64,000 bases of DNA from sequence record PP434429, one strand, 5' to 3'. Every line of letters begins with the position of its first letter. Within the stretch, counting starts at the first letter, position 1. Positions 1 through 8,932 of the stretch are shown piece by piece. Both the position numbers and the translations under genes were made by a program. Below the pieces are notes generated by a model. It worked only from the letters and a program-made list of their open reading frames with translations. It had not been told where the DNA came from and searched no databases. The stretch is from Escherichia phage LH01.

Positions 1-156
1 ACGGTTCGTTTGATTGAAGCACGCAAAGCAGAAATCGCTTCTCAATTTTTGATTGAAGGCGAAGAACCTGAAGAAGAAAAGAAAGCTAAAGCTTCGGAAG
101 ACGACGCTGATGAAGGCGATGACGACGAAGACGAAGATGATGAGGACGATGAATAA
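1..156 (+). CDS. 67: prohead core protein gp67, C-terminal fragment (5' end outside window)
   Basis: Frame 1 open from position 1 to TAA at 154-156; D/E-rich acidic tail; sits directly upstream of 68-21-22-23 as in T4. Confidence 0.55.
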   Translation, partial: TVRLIEARKAEIASQFLIEGEEPEEEKKAKASEDDADEGDDDEDEDDEDDE

Positions 157-581
157 TGTATCTTATCCCTGAATCTTATGAATTGGTACTCGAAAATGTC
201 GAAGCACTTATTCCTGAAGCACAGGGCCGAATCGATGCATTGTCTTCTGCTCTCGATATTGACGATATAAATACTATTATCGAGAACATGCTTGAAACTG
301 AAACAGATTTAGCTGTTGCAATGGCTTCCATTATTAATGAAGAACAGTTAAATGAGTTTATCGTTAAACATGTTTCTTCTCGTGGTGAAGTCACCCGCAC
401 TAAAGACCGTAAAACTCGTGAACGTAACGCGTTCCAAACAACTGGTCTTTCTAAAGCAAAACGTAGACAAATCGCTCGTAAGGTCGTTAAAGCTAAAAAA
501 GCTAACCCTTCAGGCCAAGTTAAAGGCATGCGTAAGCGTAAAAAAGCTCTTAAACGTCGTAAAGCATTAGGATTAAGCTAA
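156..581 (+). CDS. 68: prohead core protein gp68
   Basis: 141 aa ORF, same length and position as T4 gp68; ATG overlaps upstream stop (TAATG); basic K/R-rich C-terminus. Confidence 0.75.
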   Translation: MYLIPESYELVLENVEALIPEAQGRIDALSSALDIDDINTIIENMLETETDLAVAMASIINEEQLNEFIVKHVSSRGEVTRTKDRKTRERNAFQTTGLSKAKRRQIARKVVKAKKANPSGQVKGMRKRKKALKRRKALGLS

Positions 582-1228
582 TGAATAAACCCGAGTTACT
601 TATTGAAACTTGGGGTCAACCCGGTGAGATTATTGATGGCGTTCCAATGTTGGAATCTCATGATGGAAAAGATTCTGGCTTAAAACCAGGGCTTTATATA
701 GAAGGCATTTTTCTTCAGGCAGAGGTTGTTAACCGAAATAAACGTTTATATCCTAAACGCGTTTTGGAAAAAGCAGTAAGTGACTATATTAAAGAACAAG
801 TCGCAACCAAACAAGCCCTTGGAGAATTAAACCATCCACCTCGCGCAAATGTTGACCCTATGCAAGCCGCTATCATTATTGAAGATATGTGGTGGAAAGG
901 AAACGATGTATATGGACGCGCTAGAATTATTGAAGGTGACCATGGTCCCGGCGATAAATTAGCTGCTAATATACGAGCTGGTTGGATTCCAGGTGTTTCC
1001 TCTCGTGGTCTTGGTTCTTTAACCGACACCAATAAAGGGTACCGTATCGTGAACGAAGGATTTAAATTAACCGTCGGCGTAGATGCCGTATGGGGACCTT
1101 CTGCTCCAGATGCTTGGGTTACTCCTAAACAAATATCAGAATCAGAATCAGAAAATTCGGTGGAAATCACCAAAAACAGTGCTGACGAAGCATTTAAAGC
1201 TCTCGCAGAGAGTTTAAAAGCATTATAA
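581..1228 (+). CDS. 21: prohead core scaffold protease gp21
   Basis: 215 aa; near-identical by recollection to T4 gp21 (LLIETWGQPGEIIDGVPMLESHDGKDSGLKPGLYIEGIF...). Confidence 0.9.
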   Translation: MNKPELLIETWGQPGEIIDGVPMLESHDGKDSGLKPGLYIEGIFLQAEVVNRNKRLYPKRVLEKAVSDYIKEQVATKQALGELNHPPRANVDPMQAAIIIEDMWWKGNDVYGRARIIEGDHGPGDKLAANIRAGWIPGVSSRGLGSLTDTNKGYRIVNEGFKLTVGVDAVWGPSAPDAWVTPKQISESESENSVEITKNSADEAFKALAESLKAL

Positions 1229-1231
1229 ATA
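1224..1231 (+). promoter_or_regulatory. late promoter TATAAATA (gene 22)
   Basis: Exact TATAAATA about 30 nt upstream of gene 22 ATG. Confidence 0.6.
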
Positions 1232-1261
1232 ATAATGTAATCTAAACCACAGGACACTAAA

Positions 1262-2074
1262 ATGATCAAAGAACAACTTTTGAAAGAAGCTCAGAACATC
1301 GAGACTTCAGTTGCTCTTAATAGTGTTTTCGAATCAGTAGAACTGTCTCCGGACGTTAAAGCTAATTTCAGCACTGTATTCGAAGCCACCGTTAAGCAGG
1401 AAGCAGTCAAACTGGCTGAATCTCATATCAAAGCCATCGCCGAAAAGGCTGAAGAAGAAGTTGAAAAGGCTAAAGAAGATGCTGAAGAGAAAGCTGATAA
1501 AAAATTGGCTGAACAAGCTTCTAAATTCCTGGACCATCTTGCAAAAGAATGGCTCGCAGAAAACCAAATCGCAGTTGATAAAGGCATTAAAGCTGATTTG
1601 TTTGAATCCATGCTTGGTGGTCTGAAAGAACTGTTTGTTGAACATAACGTTGTTGTTCCAGAAGAATCTGTAGATGTTGTAGCAGAAATGGAAGAAGAGC
1701 TGGCCGAACATAAAGAAGAAACCGCTCGTTTGTTCGAAGAAGTTACCAAACGTGATGCATATATCAATTACGTTCAGCGTGAAACCGCTATTAATGAAAG
1801 CGTAAAAGACCTGACTGAATCTCAGAAAGAAAAAGTTATTGGTCTGGTTGAAGGTATGGATTATTCTGACGCATTTGGTACTAAGTTAACTGCTATTGTA
1901 GAAATGGTTAAAGGTTCTACTAAAGAAGAAGCCGCTATTACCGAAAGTATAAATACAGTTGACAATGACGCTGCCGGTCTTAATTTTGTTGCCGAAGCAG
2001 TTGACACTACCACAACTCAGGTAGAACAGAATTCTAATGTAAGTTTATATGCGAAAGTCGCATCTCGTTTCTAA
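1262..2074 (+). CDS. 22: prohead core scaffold protein gp22
   Basis: 270 aa acidic coiled-coil-like protein between genes 21 and 23; TATAAATA late promoter just upstream. Confidence 0.9.
   Translation: MIKEQLLKEAQNIETSVALNSVFESVELSPDVKANFSTVFEATVKQEAVKLAESHIKAIAEKAEEEVEKAKEDAEEKADKKLAEQASKFLDHLAKEWLAENQIAVDKGIKADLFESMLGGLKELFVEHNVVVPEESVDVVAEMEEELAEHKEETARLFEEVTKRDAYINYVQRETAINESVKDLTESQKEKVIGLVEGMDYSDAFGTKLTAIVEMVKGSTKEEAAITESINTVDNDAAGLNFVAEAVDTTTTQVEQNSNVSLYAKVASRF
1948..1955 (+). promoter_or_regulatory. late promoter TATAAATA inside gene 22 (gene 23)
   Basis: Exact TATAAATA about 137 nt upstream of gene 23 ATG. Confidence 0.5.
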
Positions 2075-2091
2075 TTTAAAGGTTAACACAA

Positions 2092-3660
2092 ATGACTACT
2101 ATCAAAACTAAAGCTCAGCTCGTAGACAAATGGAAAGAACTGCTGGAAGGTGAAGGCCTGCCGGAAATCGCTAATAGCAAGCAGGCTATTATCGCTAAAA
2201 TCTTCGAAAACCAGGAAAAAGATTTCGAAGTATCCCCTGAATATAAAGACGAGAAAATCGCTCAGGCATTTGGTTCTTTCTTGACCGAAGCTGAAATTGG
2301 TGGTGACCACGGTTATAATGCTCAGAATATTGCAGCAGGTCAAACCTCTGGTGCAGTAACCCAAATTGGGCCGGCAGTTATGGGTATGGTTCGTCGTGCT
2401 ATTCCTAATCTGATCGCTTTTGGTATTTGTGGTGTTCAGCCTATGAACAGCCCGACCGGTCAGGTATTTGCTCTCCGTGCAGTATATGGTAAAGATCCTA
2501 TCGCTGCTGGCGCTAAAGAAGCTTTCCATCCGATGTATGCCCCAGACGCGATGTTCTCTGGTCAGGGTGCTGCTAAGAAATTCCCAGCTCTGGCTGCTGA
2601 CACTACCACCGTTGTAGGTGATATCTATACTCACTTCTTCCAAGAAACTGGTACTGTATATCTGCAAGCTTCTGCTATCGTAACACTTGATTCTGGTGCA
2701 ACTGATGCAGCTAAATTAGATGCAGAAGTTAAGAAACAAATGGAAGCTGGTGCACTGGTAGAAATCGCTGAAGGTATGGCTACTTCTATCGCTGAACTCC
2801 AGGAAGGTTTCAACGGTTCTACCGATAACCCATGGAATGAAATGGGCTTCCGTATCGATAAACAAGTTATCGAAGCTAAATCTCGCCAGCTGAAAGCTGC
2901 TTACTCTATCGAATTAGCACAAGACCTCCGTGCAGTACACGGTATGGATGCTGATGCTGAACTGAGCGGTATTCTGGCTACGGAAATTATGCTAGAAATC
3001 AACCGTGAAGTTGTTGATTGGATTAACTACTCTGCACAGGTTGGTAAATCTGGTATGACCCTGACTCCGGGTTCTAAAGCCGGTGTATTTGACTTCCAGG
3101 ACCCGATTGATATCCGTGGTGCTCGTTGGGCCGGTGAAAGCTTTAAATCTCTGTTGTTCCAGATTGATAAAGAAGCAGTTGAAATTGCTCGTCAAACCGG
3201 TCGTGGTGAAGGTAACTTCATTATCGCTTCCCGTAACGTAGTTAACGTACTGGCTTCAGTTGATACTGGTATTTCTTACGCTGCACAGGGTCTGGCTTCT
3301 GGGTTTAATACCGACACTACTAAGTCTGTATTTGCCGGTGTACTTGGTGGTAAATACCGCGTATACATCGACCAGTATGCTAAACAGGATTACTTCACCG
3401 TTGGTTACAAAGGCGCTAACGAAATGGATGCAGGTATTTACTATGCTCCTTACGTTGCACTTACCCCACTGCGTGGTTCCGATCCTAAGAACTTCCAGCC
3501 GGTAATGGGCTTTAAAACTCGTTACGGTATCGGTGTTAACCCGTTTGCTGAAAGTTCCCTGCAGGCTCCAGGTGCTCGCATCCAGTCCGGTATGCCGTCT
3601 ATTCTGAACAGCCTTGGTAAGAACGCTTACTTCCGCCGTGTATATGTAAAAGGCATCTAA
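2092..3660 (+). CDS. 23: major capsid protein gp23
   Basis: 522 aa; N-terminus and internal stretches match T4 gp23 (GGDHGYNAQNIAAGQTSGAVTQIGPAVMGMVRRAIPNLIAF...). Confidence 0.97.
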   Translation: MTTIKTKAQLVDKWKELLEGEGLPEIANSKQAIIAKIFENQEKDFEVSPEYKDEKIAQAFGSFLTEAEIGGDHGYNAQNIAAGQTSGAVTQIGPAVMGMVRRAIPNLIAFGICGVQPMNSPTGQVFALRAVYGKDPIAAGAKEAFHPMYAPDAMFSGQGAAKKFPALAADTTTVVGDIYTHFFQETGTVYLQASAIVTLDSGATDAAKLDAEVKKQMEAGALVEIAEGMATSIAELQEGFNGSTDNPWNEMGFRIDKQVIEAKSRQLKAAYSIELAQDLRAVHGMDADAELSGILATEIMLEINREVVDWINYSAQVGKSGMTLTPGSKAGVFDFQDPIDIRGARWAGESFKSLLFQIDKEAVEIARQTGRGEGNFIIASRNVVNVLASVDTGISYAAQGLASGFNTDTTKSVFAGVLGGKYRVYIDQYAKQDYFTVGYKGANEMDAGIYYAPYVALTPLRGSDPKNFQPVMGFKTRYGIGVNPFAESSLQAPGARIQSGMPSILNSLGKNAYFRRVYVKGI

Positions 3661-3684
3661 TCTTAATTGATTAAATCTTATTTT

Positions 3685-3709
3685 GGGAGACTTCGGTCTC
3701 CCATTTTTG
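3685..3709 (+). terminator. rho-independent terminator after gene 23
   Basis: GGGAGAC-UUCG-GUCUCCC hairpin followed by AUUUUUGG. Confidence 0.75.
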
Positions 3710-3712
3710 GTT

Positions 3713-3982
3713 TTATTTCTGTGCAATTTCGATGTAAGTTTTCAAAATATTTTGCCAATTAGGCATACCTTCTTGGACATATGCCGGAGAACCGTCTTTG
3801 TTTTTGAATGATGCAAGTTTATCAGTGGCCCAATAACCTTTAGCTCGAGCTTCAGAATCAACTTTCATCCATACTTTGTTGAAGGCATTACCATTAACTT
3901 TTGCACCATATTTTTCTACTAACTTAACTGCTTCAGCTTCTAGAACTTTTAAAGTATCTCGTAAGAAACGTGCTTTAGTCAT
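3713..3982 (-). CDS. hypothetical protein (89 aa) between genes 23 and 24
   Basis: ORF with GGAG Shine-Dalgarno and GTTTAC-N18-TACTAT promoter upstream; T4 carries segD at this locus instead. Confidence 0.5.
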   Translation of the reverse strand: MTKARFLRDTLKVLEAEAVKLVEKYGAKVNGNAFNKVWMKVDSEARAKGYWATDKLASFKNKDGSPAYVQEGMPNWQNILKTYIEIAQK

Positions 3983-4012
3983 TTTGTTTACTCCTCTGTA
4001 GTTGATAAGTCT

Positions 4013-4042
4013 ATAGTATCACACGCCAAATACGTTGTAAAC
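4013..4042 (-). promoter_or_regulatory. early promoter GTTTAC-N18-TACTAT
   Basis: Minus-strand -35 and -10 hexamers upstream of ORF 3713..3982; no flanking inverted repeat. Confidence 0.5.
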
Positions 4043-4048
4043 AATCTT

Positions 4049-4056
4049 TATAAATA
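4049..4056 (+). promoter_or_regulatory. late promoter TATAAATA (gene 24)
   Basis: Exact TATAAATA about 28 nt upstream of gene 24 ATG. Confidence 0.6.
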
Positions 4057-4083
4057 ATCTATATCACATAAGGAAAAAATGCA

Positions 4084-5367
4084 ATGAGTAAAATCCAAAA
4101 ATTATTGCGTGAATCTACAACGTCTACTAGCAACTCAATCGGTCGCCCAAATCTCGTTGCTTTGACTCGCGCTACGACTAAATTAATATATTCTGACATT
4201 GTAGCAACACAAAGAACTAATCAACCTGTTGCTGCTTTTTATGGTATCAAATATCTTAACCCAGATAACGAATTCACATTTAAAACTGGTGCTACTTATG
4301 CAGGCGAAGCTGGATATGTAGACCGAGAAAAAATTACTGAGCTCACAGAAGAATCAAAAGTCACACTAAATAAAGGTGATTTTTTCAAATATAATAATAT
4401 CGTCTATAAGGTGTTAGAAGATACACCATTTGCAGATATTCAAGAAAGTGATCTAGAATTAGCTCTTCAGATTGCAGTCGTTCATTTAAAGGTACGGTTA
4501 TTTTCAGATGCAGCGGTAACAAGCAAATTTGAAAGCTCTGATAGCGAAATTTCTGATGCAAGATTCCAGATTAATAAATGGCAAACTTCAGTCAAATCTC
4601 GTAAACTTAAAACTGGCCTCACGGTCGAATTAGCGCAAGATTTGGAAGCGAATGGATTTGATGCCCCTAACTTCTTAGAAGATTTGCTTGCTACTGAAAT
4701 GGCAGATGAAATTAATAAAGATATTATTCAGTCTTTAATTACTGTATCGAAACGTTATAAAGTTACTGGAATTACTGACACCGGATTTATTGACTTGAGT
4801 TATGCATCAGCTCCAGAAGCAGGTCGTTCATTATATCGAATGGTGTGTGAAATGGTATCACACATTCAAAAAGAGACAACTTATACTGCAACGTTTTGTG
4901 TAGCCTCAGCTCGTGCAGCTGCTATTCTTGCTGCTTCCGGTTGGTTAAAACATAAGCCGGAAGATGATAAGTACCTTTCACAAAATGCTTATGGATTCTT
5001 GGCAAATGGATTACCTCTTTACTGCGATACCAACAGTCCGTTAGATTATGTTATTGTGGGTGTTGTAGAAAATATCGGCGAAAAAGAAATTGTAGGGTCC
5101 ATCTTTTATGCTCCATACACTGAAGGAGTAGATTTAGATGACCCGGAACATGTCGGTGCATTTAAAGTTGTAGTTGATCCGGAAAGCTTACAACCGTCTA
5201 TAGGTTTATTGGTTAGATATGCTTTATCAGCAAATCCTTACACAGTAGCAAAAGACGAAAAAGAAGCGAGAGTAATTGATGGTGGGGACATGGATAAAAT
5301 GGCAGGACGTTCAGACTTGTCTGTTTTACTAGGTGTTAAATTGCCTAAAATTATTATAGATGAATAA
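4084..5367 (+). CDS. 24: capsid vertex protein gp24
   Basis: 427 aa, gp23 paralogue; TATAAATA at 4049-4056 upstream; same size as T4 gp24. Confidence 0.95.
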   Translation: MSKIQKLLRESTTSTSNSIGRPNLVALTRATTKLIYSDIVATQRTNQPVAAFYGIKYLNPDNEFTFKTGATYAGEAGYVDREKITELTEESKVTLNKGDFFKYNNIVYKVLEDTPFADIQESDLELALQIAVVHLKVRLFSDAAVTSKFESSDSEISDARFQINKWQTSVKSRKLKTGLTVELAQDLEANGFDAPNFLEDLLATEMADEINKDIIQSLITVSKRYKVTGITDTGFIDLSYASAPEAGRSLYRMVCEMVSHIQKETTYTATFCVASARAAAILAASGWLKHKPEDDKYLSQNAYGFLANGLPLYCDTNSPLDYVIVGVVENIGEKEIVGSIFYAPYTEGVDLDDPEHVGAFKVVVDPESLQPSIGLLVRYALSANPYTVAKDEKEARVIDGGDMDKMAGRSDLSVLLGVKLPKIIIDE

Positions 5368-5370
5368 ACG

Positions 5371-5401
5371 AAAAAAGGGACCTTACGGTCCCTTTTTTTT
5401 T
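5371..5401. terminator. bidirectional terminator between gene 24 and rnlB
   Basis: GGGACC-UUAC-GGUCCC hairpin flanked by A6 upstream and T9 downstream, so a U-tract follows on both strands. Confidence 0.75.
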
Positions 5402-5402
5402 G

Positions 5403-6410
5403 TTATGATACTAATTCAATCCATGCAGGACGCAGAACATCTTGCACCATTCGGACTAATTCTTTCTTAACAAGATTCGGATTATCAGATGTTGTTAATA
5501 CAATACCTTCACGAGAAGTTTCTTCCAGAATATCTTGAACAGTCAATCCCATCACTTTGCCAAAATCTTTTGGCGTTACAGTCCCAATCTTAGAAATAAC
5601 ATTATTAACACGATTTAATGTAACATAACAAGCTAGAACATCAAGCAAGTTTTTGTCAATTTCGGTTAATGGAACCTGAGTTTTAATAGGCTTATCAGAC
5701 TTTTTCTTTTCACTGAATTTAGAGTTCTTGCACTTAATCGCTACACGAGCACCGTTTGGCAGCCATTTAGGGAAACAAGGCTTCAGAACATAACCTTCTG
5801 CCGTATTATCGCCAATAACATTAGCATCAAATACACAATTATTTGCTTCTACAAGGTCTTCTGACGCAGTAGCATTATAAGCGGCTAAGACGGAATCAAG
5901 GTCATTTGGAATCATGATAAGAGAATCAAATGTTCCACGACCAAGCATTGGTGCCATTTTAAAACCGAATTCATTACAGAAATCTTGCATTTCGTAATCA
6001 CTCATGTAATAAGTATCACCGCTTTCCGTGTTTATGATGATATCGAATACATAGAAATCTTTTTCACCGTAGTCAACACCTTTCTGAATTCCACCACCAG
6101 CGAATTCACCAAAGATTTGATATGTCACTGGCACTGAAGTTGAAATACTGCCCATGACTTCTTGAACACCTTTAATAGCCTTATCATACTTCTTGAGTAC
6201 GATTTCATAACCATAAAAATCTTCTGCTGGAAGAATAGGGCCTGTGCGCTTGGCGCATGTGACGTTGTCACGTTCAATTATTAACGAGAAGTTGGTCCCG
6301 TGGATTTTCTCACGTGCTACCCAAACACCAGTAGTCAAACCATTAGTGTAGAGTTTTTCAATAAACTTAGAGTTGTAGTGGTTTTCAAGACTGCTGTATT
6401 TCTTAAACAT
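5403..6410 (-). CDS. rnlB: RNA ligase 2 (Rnl2)
   Basis: 335 aa; nucleotidyltransferase motif I KIHGTN; N-terminus [21 protein letters not shown] as in T4 Rnl2. Confidence 0.93.
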   Translation of the reverse strand: MFKKYSSLENHYNSKFIEKLYTNGLTTGVWVAREKIHGTNFSLIIERDNVTCAKRTGPILPAEDFYGYEIVLKKYDKAIKGVQEVMGSISTSVPVTYQIFGEFAGGGIQKGVDYGEKDFYVFDIIINTESGDTYYMSDYEMQDFCNEFGFKMAPMLGRGTFDSLIMIPNDLDSVLAAYNATASEDLVEANNCVFDANVIGDNTAEGYVLKPCFPKWLPNGARVAIKCKNSKFSEKKKSDKPIKTQVPLTEIDKNLLDVLACYVTLNRVNNVISKIGTVTPKDFGKVMGLTVQDILEETSREGIVLTTSDNPNLVKKELVRMVQDVLRPAWIELVS

Positions 6411-6436
6411 AAATCACCATTATAAATAATAATATC

Positions 6437-6468
6437 AAAATAATTAGCAGAGACTCTGTCTCTGACCA
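6437..6468 (-). terminator. terminator after ORF 6530..6781
   Basis: CAGAGAC-aga-GUCUCUG hairpin followed on minus strand by U-rich CUAAUUAUUUUGAU. Confidence 0.5.
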
Positions 6469-6529
6469 GATGTTTAATTTGAATGGATAGAACCTAGATT
6501 CATTATACCATCAAAAAATGTAAAGCATA

Positions 6530-6781
6530 TTAGAACTTGATTTCTATCCAATGACCATCACGCTGGTCGTGATTAATTTTGTACTGAAAGCCGTTATCAC
6601 GAAGCCATTGACCGACTTGTTCAGTTATAGTTAAATCGTTCTTTGACGGGTAGTATGTAAATTGTGTCTGGCCTTTGTCAGCGGCTTTCTCTGCCATCAC
6701 AGAGAAGTTAGTAATAAAATCACTCAACAAATTGGCTTTAGTGGCCAGAGCCCTTTCTCTTAATTCCTGTGCAAAACTCAT
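6530..6781 (-). CDS. hypothetical protein (83 aa, 24.2-like position)
   Basis: ORF followed by hairpin CAGAGAC-aga-GTCTCTG; translationally coupled to upstream ORF. Confidence 0.5.
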   Translation of the reverse strand: MSFAQELRERALATKANLLSDFITNFSVMAEKAADKGQTQFTYYPSKNDLTITEQVGQWLRDNGFQYKINHDQRDGHWIEIKF

Positions 6782-6978
6782 TTCTTCACCTTTTTATTAA
6801 TCAGACGTTTACGGTATACAACTTTTTCTTTTGCTTTAAACTTTGACCGAGCTGTCTCGGCTTTAGTCCATAGTAATCCAACTTCTTTAGGTTGTAAACC
6901 GATTTTTTGAGCAATTTCTACGAATGAAAATCCCGCCTCATGTAATGTATAAACTTCAACTTCAGCTCTCATAATCAA
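6778..6978 (-). CDS. hypothetical small basic protein with helix-turn-helix-like segment (66 aa)
   Basis: ORF; segment GFSFVEIAQKIGLQPKEV resembles an HTH; K/R-rich C-terminus. Confidence 0.5.
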   Translation of the reverse strand: MIMRAEVEVYTLHEAGFSFVEIAQKIGLQPKEVGLLWTKAETARSKFKAKEKVVYRKRLINKKVKK

Positions 6979-7040
6979 TCCCGTATTATTTGGTTTGTGC
7001 CATTATATACATCAATCTCAAGTTGTGTTTTGTATGCTTT

Positions 7041-7067
7041 AAAAACGAAGAAAGGGGCCGAAGCCCC
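7041..7067 (-). terminator. terminator after hoc
   Basis: GGGGC-UUCG-GCCCC hairpin followed on minus strand by UUUCUUCGUUUUU. Confidence 0.7.
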
Positions 7068-7073
7068 TTTCGA

Positions 7074-8204
7074 TTATGGATATGTATAGATGATACCAGT
7101 TTCCAAAGCAGTTTTATGGACGATGTATCCATTACGTGATTCTTGAACATCAACTTCTGGGTAGTCTTTCATCATCTTCTGAAGCGTATAACGATGCAAG
7201 TAATACTTACTATCTGGATCGTCAATTTTCCAATCTTTACCTTCTTCAGTCATTTTTTGGATTTCATCCATAACCCACCATCCGCACCAGATGTAAGCTG
7301 AAGTACGATGTGGAAGAGGATGAACATAAGGTAGTTCACCTTCTGGTTCTGGAGCAACTTTATCAGTTACCTGAACTTGACCTTCTGCTGTAATAGTTTT
7401 GCTATCATAATCAGTTGCAGTAACAGTTGCAGTCACTTCAATAGTTTGACTTCCAATAGTAGAAGTATCAACGGTATATACATTAGTTGATCCTTCTACT
7501 GGAGAAGAATCTTTCTTCCATGAATAGGTAATTTGTGCTTCTTCTGGAGCACCAGTCACATTAGCAGTAAATGTAGCTGAAGCATCTTGCTGAACGTTAA
7601 TAGAAGGAGGAGTCAATGTAACCTGTGGATTCATTGTCTTCTTATTAACCGTTAATGACACTTCATTAGAAGTAACTTCCTTTGCATCATAATCTGTCGC
7701 AGTTACTTGGGCTACACATTTAATTCTTTTTACACCACTTGTAGTTGGAGTATAGCTAAATGTAGAGTTAGTTTCTCCACCAACCTGTGAATCATCTACA
7801 TACCACTGATACGTAGCAGACGCTCCAACCGGTTGAGAAGCTAAGGCAGCAGTAAATTGAACCGTGGTTCCAATTACTCCAGCTGAAGGACTATTGGGAG
7901 TTACTGCCAAAGTAGTTGACTGAGTTTTATTTTTAACTGTGATAGTTGCAGTAGTTTCTGCTGTTTCAGCTTCAGCTTCTGGAACTGTATTTGTTGCAAC
8001 TACTTTAATAGTCTTTTGACCGGCAGGTCCTTTTAGTACATAACTAAAAGTTGCTTCAGCTCCATCTTGTGGAACATCATCCACAGTCCAAGCATATGTA
8101 ATAGTTCCACCTTCAGCCTGACCACTAGGCGTGGCAGTAAACTGCTGGGTCTGTCCTATAACTCCAGTAGGTGTTTTAGGAGTTATATTAACTGTAAAAG
8201 CCAT
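7074..8204 (-). CDS. hoc: highly immunogenic outer capsid protein Hoc
   Basis: 376 aa with repeated Ig-like T/V-rich modules and conserved C-terminal capsid-binding region; position after rnlB as in T4. Confidence 0.9.
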   Translation of the reverse strand: MAFTVNITPKTPTGVIGQTQQFTATPSGQAEGGTITYAWTVDDVPQDGAEATFSYVLKGPAGQKTIKVVATNTVPEAEAETAETTATITVKNKTQSTTLAVTPNSPSAGVIGTTVQFTAALASQPVGASATYQWYVDDSQVGGETNSTFSYTPTTSGVKRIKCVAQVTATDYDAKEVTSNEVSLTVNKKTMNPQVTLTPPSINVQQDASATFTANVTGAPEEAQITYSWKKDSSPVEGSTNVYTVDTSTIGSQTIEVTATVTATDYDSKTITAEGQVQVTDKVAPEPEGELPYVHPLPHRTSAYIWCGWWVMDEIQKMTEEGKDWKIDDPDSKYYLHRYTLQKMMKDYPEVDVQESRNGYIVHKTALETGIIYTYP

Positions 8205-8213
8205 AAGCTATCC

Positions 8214-8882
8214 TTATTTTAATGTTACGAAAGAAGAATTACGAGTTTCACGAATTAGAACTGATCCATCGCGATTAATATAATAAATTAAGCTAAATAA
8301 TGTTTGGTGAGCAGAAGCGTGCACAAAACTAGTTGGGCGAGATTTCCAATCTGGTGTTTCGGCTATCCATTGATAAATCCACCAAGGAACAGTAACATAC
8401 CCTGGGCCTTTGCCTAATTTAATGAGTGTAGGACTAAAATTTTCAGGCAGAACAAATTTTACTTCTTTATTTACCTCTGTCTCAGGCTCTTTTTCAGATT
8501 CAACAACCTGAGTAATTGCTTCTTCGAATTTATCATGGTCGAATTCTTTTTCTTGTTCGACAACTTCTAATACTTCAACTTGTTCTGTTGGAGAATCAAA
8601 CAACAGAATAGCTTCTTCTTTAACTTCTTCGTTGGTGAAATTAACACCGTCCACATCATCTGCGGCAGTAATTAAATCGGTGATAGATAATCCATCAGTT
8701 TCAGGTAATGGTTCATCAGCCAGTGCGTTAAGAGCTTCTTCGATATCAATAACAATATTATCGAATGATTTTGTTTTCTTAACACTAATACCAAATTGTT
8801 CCGCATATTCAAACAGTTTAGCTTTGGCTTCCTTTTTATCAGAAAGAGCACGTAACTCTTCAATATAGTCTTTATCGATCAT
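8214..8882 (-). CDS. inh: prohead protease inhibitor Inh-like protein
   Basis: 222 aa acidic protein between hoc and uvsW, the T4 inh position. Confidence 0.65.
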   Translation of the reverse strand: MIDKDYIEELRALSDKKEAKAKLFEYAEQFGISVKKTKSFDNIVIDIEEALNALADEPLPETDGLSITDLITAADDVDGVNFTNEEVKEEAILLFDSPTEQVEVLEVVEQEKEFDHDKFEEAITQVVESEKEPETEVNKEVKFVLPENFSPTLIKLGKGPGYVTVPWWIYQWIAETPDWKSRPTSFVHASAHQTLFSLIYYINRDGSVLIRETRNSSFVTLK

Positions 8883-8896
8883 GATATTTCCTCATT

Positions 8897-8904
8897 ATAA
8901 ATAT
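8897..8904 (+). promoter_or_regulatory. late promoter TATAAATA (uvsW)
   Basis: Exact TATAAATA about 29 nt upstream of uvsW ATG. Confidence 0.55.
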
Positions 8905-8932
8905 AACTATATTTATTACATGGTAATTTGAC

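Noticed and set aside
2083-3726. Minus-strand ORFs 2083..2667, 2631..2813, 2992..3195 and 3256..3726 inside gene 23
   Set aside because: They lie antisense within the well-supported major capsid gene and have no RBS or promoter; treated as frame artefacts.
6416-6423. TATAAATA on the plus strand upstream of rnlB, which would produce RNA antisense to ORFs 6530..6978
   Set aside because: A single 8-mer in AT-rich intergenic DNA with no plus-strand gene downstream; cannot be told from chance.
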